From NCBI GenBank assembly GCA_964404035.1, contig CAYOIT010000003.1:1-59002 (forward strand): 59,002 nucleotides of DNA, given 5' to 3'. This DNA is from an uncultured Verrucomicrobiota bacterium. GTDB taxonomy: Bacteria; Verrucomicrobiota; Kiritimatiellia; CAIKKV01; CAITUY01. Under the pieces are notes generated by a model. It did no database searches. It was not told the DNA's origin and saw only the letters and a list, made by a program, of their open reading frames with translations. Position numbers and translations under genes: made by a program. Positions 36,563 through 45,212 of the stretch are shown piece by piece (position 1 is the first letter of the stretch; each line of letters begins with the position of its first letter).

Positions 36563-38247
36563 GGGGTTGCCACCTTTACATCGATGACGAATCGCTTGAT
36601 CCGCCGGTCCGCGCCCTGGCCGTCCACCGGGTCTGAAAGGACCAGTTTGTCGTCGCTCAGCAGATCGGCCGACGCGATCAACGTCTTCTCCGCCTCCAGC
36701 CGGTCGATCAGGGATTGAACGGTCGAGAAATCAAGTTTGGGCGTATACCCCTGGATGATCACGTGCTCCAGGCGGGAAGGCTTGTTCGTGGCCGCTTCGG
36801 GGGCGGGGGGGGCGGCGAGCAGACGACGCCGGCGGTCGAGACTGTTGTCGGCATCGGAGGTCGTCAGGAGTGCGGCTGAAGGGCTCTTGGATTGGTACGA
36901 CTCCCCGTCACAAACCAGGGTGATCCAATCGTTGGGATGCTTGGAGGCTGCCACCAGGGACAAGACTTCGCGGACGGTGGGACCGATGTGAAGGAGGCTG
37001 GTCACCGGCATGACCATCTCCCGTATGAGGTTGCCTCTGGCCTGGACCGATTCGATCCGGGCCACCAGGTCCCGCCGGCGCTCCAGGCTGGCGCGCTGTT
37101 TGTTCAGATGCTTCTCCATGCGTTTGAAATCGTAGTATCCCCCGACGAGACTCACCACAAGAATGAGGGCGGCGGCGATGCCTGCAGCCAGCCAGAAGGG
37201 TTTTTCGCGGCGGAACGCCTGTTCGTCGCGGATGGCCTTGGGGAGGAAACTGATGTCGCATTTCCTGGGTCGCACGCCCGAGCAGGCCAGTCCGGTGGCA
37301 ATGGCCCAGACCGCGGGGGGCTGGCACTTGCCGTCCGCCGGCAAATGGAGGTCGGTGGTGACGTCCATCCCTGTCTTCATGGCGACATAGCCGGCGAAAC
37401 CGGTCAGCAGTGCGCCGCCACCGGAGAGCACCACATGGCTGGGACGGTCTGCCGGTTTGGGGAAAAGACTGTTGAACACGGCCAGGCAGGACTGGAATTC
37501 AGAGACCCACTGATCGGCCACGCGTTTCATTGCCGCATTGACGGCCGGATCGGCGTCATCGAGCGAGCATGCCCCGGTGACCTTAAGGTTTTCGGCGTGG
37601 GGGACCTGCTGCTGCCGGACCTTGGCCAGGGCCTCGGTGAAAGGCTGTCCTCCGATGGCGAAAGCCCGCGCGAACATCAACCCGTCGGGGCCGCCGACGG
37701 CGACTTCGGTGAGCGAGCTGCCCACATGCGCGAAAAGGGTCGGGCCGGAGAGCTGGGCCGGGGCCAGGGCGTTAAACAGGGCGATGGGCGAGGGGATGAT
37801 GTCGAGCACGTCCAATCCCAGGTCGCGGATCAACCCCATGGACTCCTCGATCAGGGCGGGCCGGGCCATCGCCATCAGGACGCGGCGTTCACCCTGGCTG
37901 CCTCCGAACGGGGCCACCCCGTAGGTCATATTTTCCCCGGCGATGTCGCGCAATTTCAGGATTTCAACGGAGGCCGCCTGTTCGATGGTGCGCGGGTCGC
38001 CGGACACCATGAACATGGGCTGAAACATGGCCTGCTGGCCGGAAAGACCGATCACGCAGGGAGTGCCGCCGAGGTCGTGCTCCTTGATCCAGCGGGCGAG
38101 GATGGCTTTGCGGTCGAACCCGCCGGCCGGGAGGCGCAGCAGTTCCGCCCGCAGGACTTCGACACGATCCCCCTTAGGGGCGACCAGCACCGCTTTGGCG
38201 GTGTGGCGTCCGATGTCGAGCCCCAGTACCTGGTTTCTCCTGGCCAC
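36559..38247 (-). CDS. PilM-like actin-fold ATPase fused to a PilN-like TM/coiled-coil module
   Basis: GTG start with AAGGA 8 nt upstream. The N-terminus VLGLDIGRHTAKAVLV is actin-like. An internal TM helix FWLAAGIAAALILVVSLVGGYY is followed by a coiled-coil region. Confidence 0.65.
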   Translation of the reverse strand: MARRNQVLGLDIGRHTAKAVLVAPKGDRVEVLRAELLRLPAGGFDRKAILARWIKEHDLGGTPCVIGLSGQQAMFQPMFMVSGDPRTIEQAASVEILKLRDIAGENMTYGVAPFGGSQGERRVLMAMARPALIEESMGLIRDLGLDVLDIIPSPIALFNALAPAQLSGPTLFAHVGSSLTEVAVGGPDGLMFARAFAIGGQPFTEALAKVRQQQVPHAENLKVTGACSLDDADPAVNAAMKRVADQWVSEFQSCLAVFNSLFPKPADRPSHVVLSGGGALLTGFAGYVAMKTGMDVTTDLHLPADGKCQPPAVWAIATGLACSGVRPRKCDISFLPKAIRDEQAFRREKPFWLAAGIAAALILVVSLVGGYYDFKRMEKHLNKQRASLERRRDLVARIESVQARGNLIREMVMPVTSLLHIGPTVREVLSLVAASKHPNDWITLVCDGESYQSKSPSAALLTTSDADNSLDRRRRLLAAPPAPEAATNKPSRLEHVIIQGYTPKLDFSTVQSLIDRLEAEKTLIASADLLSDDKLVLSDPVDGQGADRRIKRFVIDVKVATP

Positions 38248-38257
38248 AGTCTGTTCC

Positions 38258-40072
38258 TTACTTGCCGCCGTTTGCCGCCACCGGAGCCGCCACCCCGTCG
38301 GCCGGCCTGGCGGGCACGATCGGGACCAGATTCTCGCCGCGTTCCGAGATGATGGTCGCGGTCACGAAGATCAGCAGGTTCTTCTGGTCGTTATTCGTCA
38401 CATCATTCTGGAAAAGAAGACCGAGCAAGGGGATGGAGGAGAGAAAGGGAACTTTTTCCTTACGCTTCTCTTCCGCCGAGGTGATCAGCCCCCCCATGAC
38501 AACCGTTTCGCCGCTCTGCACGATCACTTCGGTTTCGATCTTGCTACGGCGGAAGATGGGCAGTTTGACCAGCGATGGTCCGTTGGTCGAGGCGGCATTG
38601 GCAGTTCCCACTTCGTAGAACTCATAGCGGACAAACTCGGCGATCTCAGGAAGAAGCTGCAGAGTGATGCTGCTCATGTCGGCGCCGACGCTCGGGCGGA
38701 CCTTGAGTTCGATACCCAGCTCTTCCAGTTTCGGAGAGCCTACGGGCACTAGTTTCGATTCATAATCCGTTCTATTGTCGCCAGAGGAACTGGTAACGTT
38801 CTGGATCTCGTACTCGTCGTAGTAGCGGAAATCATCGCCGACGCGAATGCTGGCGGTCCGGTTGTTGACCGTGGTGACTTTGGGGACGGACAGCGTGCGG
38901 GATTTACCGGTTTTATCGAGCGCGTGGATGACCGCCTTGAACATGGGGTCGGTCAGAAGCCCTTCGTACGCCACATTCAGCCCTTGGGCGGCATTAGCCG
39001 GCTGGGTAAACCCGACGGTGCCACCCTGGTTGATCTGGGTGCGGGGACGGCCTTCGGAATCCATGACAACATAGGGGCTGTTGAGGACCCAGTCGATGCC
39101 GAGCTCACGCAGATCGGTGACCCCCGTGCTGATGAACCGCGCTTCGATCAGGACCTGAGGCGGGCAGACGTCCATCGTCTCGATGATGTCCTCAACCTTG
39201 GCCAGGTTTTCGACGGTGTTCTTGACGATGAGCGCATGCGATTTCCTGTCGAAGAGCAGATCGGCCCCTTCCGGCTGGGGTACAAACCGCTGGATGGCCA
39301 GCACGATGGGCGTGTTGTCCGCATCTTCCTCGGACTGAGGCTCGTCGCTCGTATCGAGTTTCCCGTCAATGCCCTTGCGCAGGCGGTACATGCGGGTGGC
39401 CATGGGCACTCCGGTCTGGGTCTGCTCCTGCGGGGTCGCCCAGATGATGTTGTCGCCCACGTAGAAGGCGATGCCCAGATTGCGGGCGACGAAGTCGAGA
39501 ATCTCCGAGAGCGGAACCTGGTCGGCATGAATGGTCACCGTTTTGTCGCTGGCCTGGGTGTCGGCGACAATGTTGACCTTTTCGGAGTCGCCCATGGTCA
39601 GGATGAAGTCGGTCAGGTTGACGTTATCGAGGTGGACGGTGACTTTCTTCTGGATCACCTTCTGCATGGCATTACCCGGTGTGCGGAGGGGGGCGGACTG
39701 CCCGTTGATGGTCTTTCGCAGCCCGTAGGTGTCGGGGACGTCTTTCTGGCGGATTGCATCGGTGTCCATGCGTTGGACGGCAACGGCGGACCGGGCGGTG
39801 GCGCGGGCGCTGCGCTGGGCCTCAAGCTTCACCATGATGCGTTGTTGAAGGGATTCCAGCCCGGCCAGATCCGGGTTTTCCTGGGCCAGGTCAACACACT
39901 CCAGCATGGCGCCGGTGTAGTCGCCCTTCTGGAACAAGCCCTCGGCCTTCGCCAACAGCGGTGAAGCCACGGCCTGGGAGGCATCCCCTCCCTGTTCACG
40001 TGTGGTGGTACAGCCCGACAGGCCCGCCACAACCAACAGGACGGCCAGAATGTGCGATGCGTTTCCGATCAT
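38258..40072 (-). CDS. Secretin (GspD/PilQ family outer-membrane channel), lipoprotein-type signal
   Basis: N-terminus ILAVLLVVAGLSGC (lipobox-like). C-terminal secretin strings VPFLSSIPLLGLLFQ and LLIFVTATII. 604 aa. Confidence 0.85.
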   Translation of the reverse strand: MIGNASHILAVLLVVAGLSGCTTTREQGGDASQAVASPLLAKAEGLFQKGDYTGAMLECVDLAQENPDLAGLESLQQRIMVKLEAQRSARATARSAVAVQRMDTDAIRQKDVPDTYGLRKTINGQSAPLRTPGNAMQKVIQKKVTVHLDNVNLTDFILTMGDSEKVNIVADTQASDKTVTIHADQVPLSEILDFVARNLGIAFYVGDNIIWATPQEQTQTGVPMATRMYRLRKGIDGKLDTSDEPQSEEDADNTPIVLAIQRFVPQPEGADLLFDRKSHALIVKNTVENLAKVEDIIETMDVCPPQVLIEARFISTGVTDLRELGIDWVLNSPYVVMDSEGRPRTQINQGGTVGFTQPANAAQGLNVAYEGLLTDPMFKAVIHALDKTGKSRTLSVPKVTTVNNRTASIRVGDDFRYYDEYEIQNVTSSSGDNRTDYESKLVPVGSPKLEELGIELKVRPSVGADMSSITLQLLPEIAEFVRYEFYEVGTANAASTNGPSLVKLPIFRRSKIETEVIVQSGETVVMGGLITSAEEKRKEKVPFLSSIPLLGLLFQNDVTNNDQKNLLIFVTATIISERGENLVPIVPARPADGVAAPVAANGGK

Positions 40073-40088
40073 GTGATCTGCTCCCTCA

Positions 40089-40877
40089 TTACCTCGGTGT
40101 GTATTCCCACGTCAGAGGCCCTTCGTAAATGCTGCCGGAATAGGACACATTGATTGTCAAGCCCTGTCGCCCGATCACCGAATGGTCTCCCGGATCCGTC
40201 GCCGGCTGGCTGGGATTCAGCGGATCCACTGTGTCGATCGTGCGTTCCTGCCAATGATGGAAGCAACGGACCACCGGGAAGAGGGTTTCGCTGTAAGGTT
40301 GGTTGCCATTGGGTTCATCGCCGTGCGCCAGTTGGTGCTCCTTGACTTCCCGCCATGAAAGGGTTCCGTTGCCGTCCAAGTCATGAGGGGGGGTGGCAAA
40401 AAAATCACTTCCGGCGCCATACCAACTGCACTGGGCCGCGTTGAACTCATACAGGTAACTGCAGGCTTTAATAGCCGTGTTACGGCCGACAGGGTCGGTA
40501 CAGTCATCGTTGTCATTGGCTTCCGGGTAGTGAGCTCCGGGAATGAGTTCGGGTTTGCTGGCATAAATCCCCTTGCCGGGCGCCAGCGCCCCGCCCACCT
40601 TCGTGCGATCGGACTTGCAGAGGAGGACGTCCGCATTGCTGATGTACCGGGGATAGAGGTTCGACAACCAGTTCGGCACCTGCTTGTGGTCATCCTTGTA
40701 CATAATCACCGCCACGCTGAGCTGATGCAGGTTGCTCTTGCAGTCGGTCTGACGGGCACGTTCCCTAGAGGACTGGAGGGCTGGCAGCAACAAGCCCGCC
40801 AGTACGCCAATAATGGCGATGACGACGAGCAACTCGATCAACGTAAACCCGGATGGTCTGTTTCGGATGGCAGTCAT
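40089..40877 (-). CDS. Prepilin-type N-terminal cleavage/methylation domain protein (pseudopilin)
   Basis: Start re-set to the ATG at 40877: [43 protein letters not shown]. This is a class III signal with G/F cleavage site and Glu+5. Confidence 0.85.
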   Translation of the reverse strand: MTAIRNRPSGFTLIELLVVIAIIGVLAGLLLPALQSSRERARQTDCKSNLHQLSVAVIMYKDDHKQVPNWLSNLYPRYISNADVLLCKSDRTKVGGALAPGKGIYASKPELIPGAHYPEANDNDDCTDPVGRNTAIKACSYLYEFNAAQCSWYGAGSDFFATPPHDLDGNGTLSWREVKEHQLAHGDEPNGNQPYSETLFPVVRCFHHWQERTIDTVDPLNPSQPATDPGDHSVIGRQGLTINVSYSGSIYEGPLTWEYTPR

Positions 40878-41171
40878 GTGATCTCTAAAACCGAAGCGTC
40901 TAATGTTCAGCTCCAAAACCCCTCAAAAATACTTGGTTGCGAGGGTGCGGGCGAGCAAATAATCCTACCGCGGAACCCCTTCGGCGTGTTATCCAGAGAT
41001 ATTTAGCAGAAAGCGTGCCGTCATGCCTTCATGGGGATTCCAAGGACCTTCGGCCCGCATTACCGGCTTTGCGGCGTTGTGAGGCAGGGACCGTCTGTAT
41101 CCGCTTGTGCACATTACTTGCCGGGTGTGTGTCATTCTGTATACATCTATCGGCCTCAAGGAGGTCGTAGG

Positions 41172-41274
41172 CCCCGCTTCAGGGGCGCAACTGAATGTGG
41201 CGCAAATGAAGCGGGGCAGTACGGCCGGCGCTACGCCGCCGGCCGGGGCGGGCGACGTAGCGCCCGCCCTACTG
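41172..41274. repeat. REP-like nested palindromes
   Basis: P1 is CCCCGCTTCA-N25-TGAAGCGGGG (41172-41216). P2 is CAGTACGGCCGGCGCTACGCCGCC-GGCCGG-GGCGGGCGACGTAGCGCCCGCCCTACTG (41217-41274). The core GGCGACGTAGCGCC(C/A)GCCCTACTG and the CCCGCTTCA box recur at 58836-59002. Confidence 0.7.
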
Positions 41275-41476
41275 GCGCTCGCCTCGGTCTGTCGGTTCCA
41301 ACTGGACTCCTGCCGCGCGGTGCACCCAACCACAGATGCGCCCCTCTTCAGGGGGCAGGGCTATCTATTGGCGCGTGGGTATGAGAAATGCTTTAATGGA
41401 ATGGATTAGCGACGTTTGGAGAAATGCGGACGCTTTGTGATGATCTTCGGAGAAGTTTTGGTTCAGCGATGCCGGG

Positions 41477-43690
41477 GTGGGTCGGGAGGATTTGTCTTTG
41501 CAGTGGATTCTTGGATTACTCATGGTGTTGCTGCTGTCCGGGCCGGCCCAGGCCCTTCCGGCCGTGGAGTGGCGTTTCCCCGCCTATCCCCTGCGAACGG
41601 TCTTCCATGCTCCAAGCCCTGCGAGCACGAGTGTCCTGCTGCGGGTGGATCGTGTGGGGAACATGCCCGTGACGCGCGACGGGTTTCTGGCCTGCGGTCC
41701 CGAGGGGGCACCCTTGCCGTTGCGTGTGGTGTGCGCGGACAAGGATGAGGTGGTCCTGACGATCGAGGCGCCGGGGTTCGGGTCGCGCCCCTGTGCGGTC
41801 TATTACGGTAGCCGATCCGCCCCTGAGCCGGTCACGTCGCCGGAAGCGGCGGCGGATCCGATGCCGCTGTCGGTGGGGTTCAGGCCGCTGCGGGGACGCG
41901 CCATTCCGACCTCCTGGGAGCGGCTGCGCCACATGCTCAAATCGCCCCTGGGCCAGATCGAAACCCCTCACCGCGTGGCCGATTTTGACTCCATCGGCCA
42001 GGCGGTAACGGCGACCAGCGAAACCCCGGGCAGGCGCGGGCGGCGCCAGCAGGGACCGGGGGTGCGCGTGGCCTTGGTGCGGTCGTTCCTGCTTTGCCCT
42101 CGCGGCGGATCGTACCGTTTCGCCATCGATTGCATGGATGCGGGGTTTGTCGTGGTGGATGGTGAAGTGGCGGCTGCCTGGCCCGGCGAGCATGAGGCCA
42201 GAGAGTGGCAGCCGGGCGTGCCCCTCTCCCTCAAAGCCGGGGTCCATCGGATCGAGGTCTTCAATGCCTTTGACGGGCGCGACCCTGATCTGCGCGTGGG
42301 CTGGATCCCGCCGGGCCTGAAAGAGGTTGTGCCGCTCGGGGCCCCCGATCTCATTGCTTCCTGCGAGGCGATGGAGACCCGGGCAGAACGCCTGAACCGG
42401 ACCCTCCAGCCCGGCTTTGTGGCGACTCCTTTGCAGGCTTACTCCTTCCGCGGCGATCCGAATGTGTTTGTGGCCGTGCAGTTCAAGAACATCACGGAAA
42501 ACTGGATCACTCCGGAAATGGAGTCGCGCTGGCGGTTTGGCGACGGGACGCAAAGCACGGAGGTGGATCCCCGCCATGTCTTCACCGCTTCGGACGTGTT
42601 CAAGGCCTCCCTCGAAGTGCGCGATGCGCTGGGGTTTGTGGCCCGCAGCAGCGACTCGGTGGATTGCCGGCAGCTCCCGCCTGAGGAATACGCGGTGTCG
42701 TTCGATTTGACCGGGATACCGGCCGTGTGTTTCAGCCGCGACAAGGTGGCGCCGTTTCTCCGGCTTCAGGGGGCGGGGCCAACCAGTGTAGCTTTCGAGG
42801 TAAGCTGGGAGATCCAACTCCGTTCGGGCGCTTCGGAGCAGGGTCGCCGGGAGATTTCCTTGGGAGGCAAGACCGCGCTGGTTCCCCTTTCGCCCGTGGG
42901 AGGGGCCGAAGTGGAGAGCCTGCGCTGGCATGTCCGCCACCGTCAGGTCGAGTTGGGCGGGGAGATGATCCGGTTCCTGCGGCCGCCTTTCGAGGTGTTG
43001 CCGGCGCGTATTGAGGGGGACCGGCTCTACGATGCGGCCGGCACCCGGCTGGTGCTGGTCCCTGAAGAAGGAGTGTCCTCCTTCCGGCAACCGACTCCGG
43101 CACCGGTGCCGGCGCGTCGCCTCGGCCGGCTGGTCTGCGTGGATGATTCCCTGGGCGTGGCGGGGTTCGTAGAACCGGGTGCTGAACCTTTTGACCGGAT
43201 TCTGGCGCGATTATTGGAAGGGCGGATGGAAGACGTCCGCTATGCGCCGCTGCCGGAATGGAGTCAATTCCCTGACTCCTATGGTCCGCTGAGGACGTTG
43301 GTCGACGTGCCTGTCGCCCTGATTCGCGAACGGGCCGATGTGGCCATCCTCAGCATCGGGTTGAGGGACATTCTTGAGCTGAAGGATGTCGAGCGGTTCG
43401 AACGGCAGGCCGCGGCATTGTCCGATCTGGTCGCGGTCTCGATGAAGATCCGAACCGTGTGGGTGACTCCGCCGCCGTATCCTTCCGCTCCGGAACGCAG
43501 CCGGGTGTTCGCGGCGGCCATCCGGCGCGTCGCGGAGGCGCGGGGGATTCCCGTGGCCGATCTGTTCACCGCCTTTCGTTGCGCGACCGACAGCCGGCAC
43601 GTGTTTTTCCAGGATAATCCCCTGATGCTGTCAGACCCTGGCCATAAGCTTGTGGGTCAACAGATCGTGCGGGCGTTGATGGGAGAATGA
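41477..43690 (+). CDS. Secreted multidomain protein: PA14-like + PKD + C-terminal SGNH/GDSL-like hydrolase (tentative)
   Basis: GTG start (uncertain). Signal peptide LQWILGLLMVLLLSGPAQA. PKD string WRFGDGTQSTEVDPRHVFTASDVFKASLEVRD. PA14-like string GGSYRFAIDCMDAGFVVVDGE. C-terminal LVCVDDSLGV...VAILSIGLRDI resembles SGNH blocks. Confidence 0.5.
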   Translation: MGREDLSLQWILGLLMVLLLSGPAQALPAVEWRFPAYPLRTVFHAPSPASTSVLLRVDRVGNMPVTRDGFLACGPEGAPLPLRVVCADKDEVVLTIEAPGFGSRPCAVYYGSRSAPEPVTSPEAAADPMPLSVGFRPLRGRAIPTSWERLRHMLKSPLGQIETPHRVADFDSIGQAVTATSETPGRRGRRQQGPGVRVALVRSFLLCPRGGSYRFAIDCMDAGFVVVDGEVAAAWPGEHEAREWQPGVPLSLKAGVHRIEVFNAFDGRDPDLRVGWIPPGLKEVVPLGAPDLIASCEAMETRAERLNRTLQPGFVATPLQAYSFRGDPNVFVAVQFKNITENWITPEMESRWRFGDGTQSTEVDPRHVFTASDVFKASLEVRDALGFVARSSDSVDCRQLPPEEYAVSFDLTGIPAVCFSRDKVAPFLRLQGAGPTSVAFEVSWEIQLRSGASEQGRREISLGGKTALVPLSPVGGAEVESLRWHVRHRQVELGGEMIRFLRPPFEVLPARIEGDRLYDAAGTRLVLVPEEGVSSFRQPTPAPVPARRLGRLVCVDDSLGVAGFVEPGAEPFDRILARLLEGRMEDVRYAPLPEWSQFPDSYGPLRTLVDVPVALIRERADVAILSIGLRDILELKDVERFERQAAALSDLVAVSMKIRTVWVTPPPYPSAPERSRVFAAAIRRVAEARGIPVADLFTAFRCATDSRHVFFQDNPLMLSDPGHKLVGQQIVRALMGE

Positions 43691-43697
43691 AGAGGAA

Positions 43698-43786
43698 AAC
43701 CTGAGTTTGAACCTGAGACCTGAGTCTGAAATCTGAGTTTGAAACCTGAAACCTGAGAAGAATCCTCTGAAACCTGACTTTAATGA
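43698..43786. repeat. Imperfect 6-7-nt tandem repeat tract, about 12 units of (A/G)NYYTGA (AACCTGAG / GTCTGA / GTTTGA)
   Basis: YYTGA occurs at 43700, 43706, 43712, 43719, 43725, 43732, 43738, 43745, 43752, 43766 and 43773, plus AATGA at 43782. The tract is AT-rich and fills the 103-nt spacer in front of the GT2 gene. Confidence 0.8.
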
Positions 43787-43793
43787 TACATCC

Positions 43794-45212
43794 GTGCAAG
43801 GGGTCGGCGATCCGTTGGCGCTCAGCCACCTGAGGCCGGAATGGAGCGCGCATATTCCGATCACCCGCGGCCAGCGGACGACGCTGATCGTGGCGTGCGC
43901 AGCGCTGCTCCTTCTGGTCGCCTGGCATCCCTGGCTGACGGCCAGGGCGTTTGTGATGGTGGCCACGCTCTTCTATGGCTTGCATGCCCTTTACAAACTG
44001 GCACTGGTCCGCTTCTCGGTCTCCGAGCACTCCGAACTCCAGATCACGGCGGAGGATCTGGCCGCGGTCCGCCTGAAGGACCTGCCTGTCTACTCGATCA
44101 TGGTGCCGATGTACCACGAACGCGAGTCGGTGAAACACCTCGTTCAGGCGCTGAGTCAGCTGGACTATCCTCGCGAAAAACTGGATGTGCAACTGCTGCT
44201 GGAGGCGGATGACAAGGAGACCCGCGCGGCGGTGGAGGCGATCGAACTCCCGTCGGGGTTCAAGGTGACTGTGGTGCCCGTTTCGCAGCCGCGGACAAAG
44301 CCCAAGGCCTGCAACGTGGGACTCGACACGGCGCGCGGCACCTATCTGGTGATTTATGATGCCGAGGATCGCCCCGAGCCGGATCAGCTCAAGAAGGCGG
44401 TCATCGGGTTTGCCCGCGCCGGTGCCAATACGATCTGCCTTCAATCGCGGCTCAACTTCTACAACCCCCGGCAGAACCTGCTTACCCGGCTCTTCACGGC
44501 GGAATACTCGGCGTGGTTCGACCTCTCCCTGCCGGGACTGTCCGTCGTGCGGGCCGTGATTCCCCTGGGAGGCACCTCGAACCATTTCGTCACGGCCAAG
44601 CTGAAGGAACTGCTGGGGTGGGATGCGTTCAATGTGACGGAGGACTGCGATCTTGGGATCCGGATCCAACGCGCGGGCTACGGGACCCGCATGCTGCGCA
44701 CGACGACGTGGGAGGAAGCGTGCAGCCGGGTGCGCTTCTGGATTCCCCAGCGGACGCGCTGGATCAAGGGGTATATCCAAACGTATCTGGTGCACATGCG
44801 CCAGCCGCGCCAATTGCTGCGCGACCTGGGCCTGGTCGGCTTTCTGCATTTTCAAGTGGTGGTCGGGGGCGGCACCCTGGCGACCCTGCTCAATCCGTTC
44901 TTCTGGTTCCTGGCCCTGTTATGGTTCCTGTTCCGGGTCGAGGCGTTGACCAGTCTGTTTTCGGGTCCGGTATTCGCGCTGGGCGTGACCTGCCTGTTCG
45001 CCGGCAACTTCGCCTTCGTGTACCTGGGGATGATAGGGTGCTACCGGCGGCGGTATTGGGATCTGGTGGGCTACGCCCTGCTCGCGCCGGCCTACTGGAT
45101 CCTGATGAGCTACAGCGGGTGGCGGGCCTTCTTCCAATTCTTTGCCGATCCCTTCAAATGGGAAAAAACAAGTCACGGATTGTGTGTGGAGAACGATGAA
45201 CCCAAAACGTGA
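43794..45212 (+). CDS. Processive family-2 glycosyltransferase (cellulose/chitin/PNAG-synthase-like)
   Basis: GTG start (uncertain). Two N-terminal TM helices. Motifs: VPMYHERES, LLEADDKET, YDAEDRPEPDQL, VTEDCDLGIR (TED) and QRTRWIKG (QxxRW). C-terminal TM helices. No PilZ domain seen. Confidence 0.8.
   Translation: MQGVGDPLALSHLRPEWSAHIPITRGQRTTLIVACAALLLLVAWHPWLTARAFVMVATLFYGLHALYKLALVRFSVSEHSELQITAEDLAAVRLKDLPVYSIMVPMYHERESVKHLVQALSQLDYPREKLDVQLLLEADDKETRAAVEAIELPSGFKVTVVPVSQPRTKPKACNVGLDTARGTYLVIYDAEDRPEPDQLKKAVIGFARAGANTICLQSRLNFYNPRQNLLTRLFTAEYSAWFDLSLPGLSVVRAVIPLGGTSNHFVTAKLKELLGWDAFNVTEDCDLGIRIQRAGYGTRMLRTTTWEEACSRVRFWIPQRTRWIKGYIQTYLVHMRQPRQLLRDLGLVGFLHFQVVVGGGTLATLLNPFFWFLALLWFLFRVEALTSLFSGPVFALGVTCLFAGNFAFVYLGMIGCYRRRYWDLVGYALLAPAYWILMSYSGWRAFFQFFADPFKWEKTSHGLCVENDEPKT

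Noticed and set aside
41031-41409. Small ORFs (117 aa and 100 aa plus strand, 114 aa minus strand) in the pseudopilin / PA14-protein spacer.
   Set aside because: They run straight through the REP-like palindromes (for example ...GATPPAGAGDVAPALLALAS...). They have no start context and overlap each other in several frames, so they are translations of repeat DNA.
43698-43786. Possible CRISPR array or minisatellite-encoded peptide repeat.
   Set aside because: The units are only 6-7 nt with no spacers of CRISPR size. There are no cas genes in the window. TGA occurs in all frames, so the tract cannot be coding. It is kept as a repeat or regulatory finding instead.
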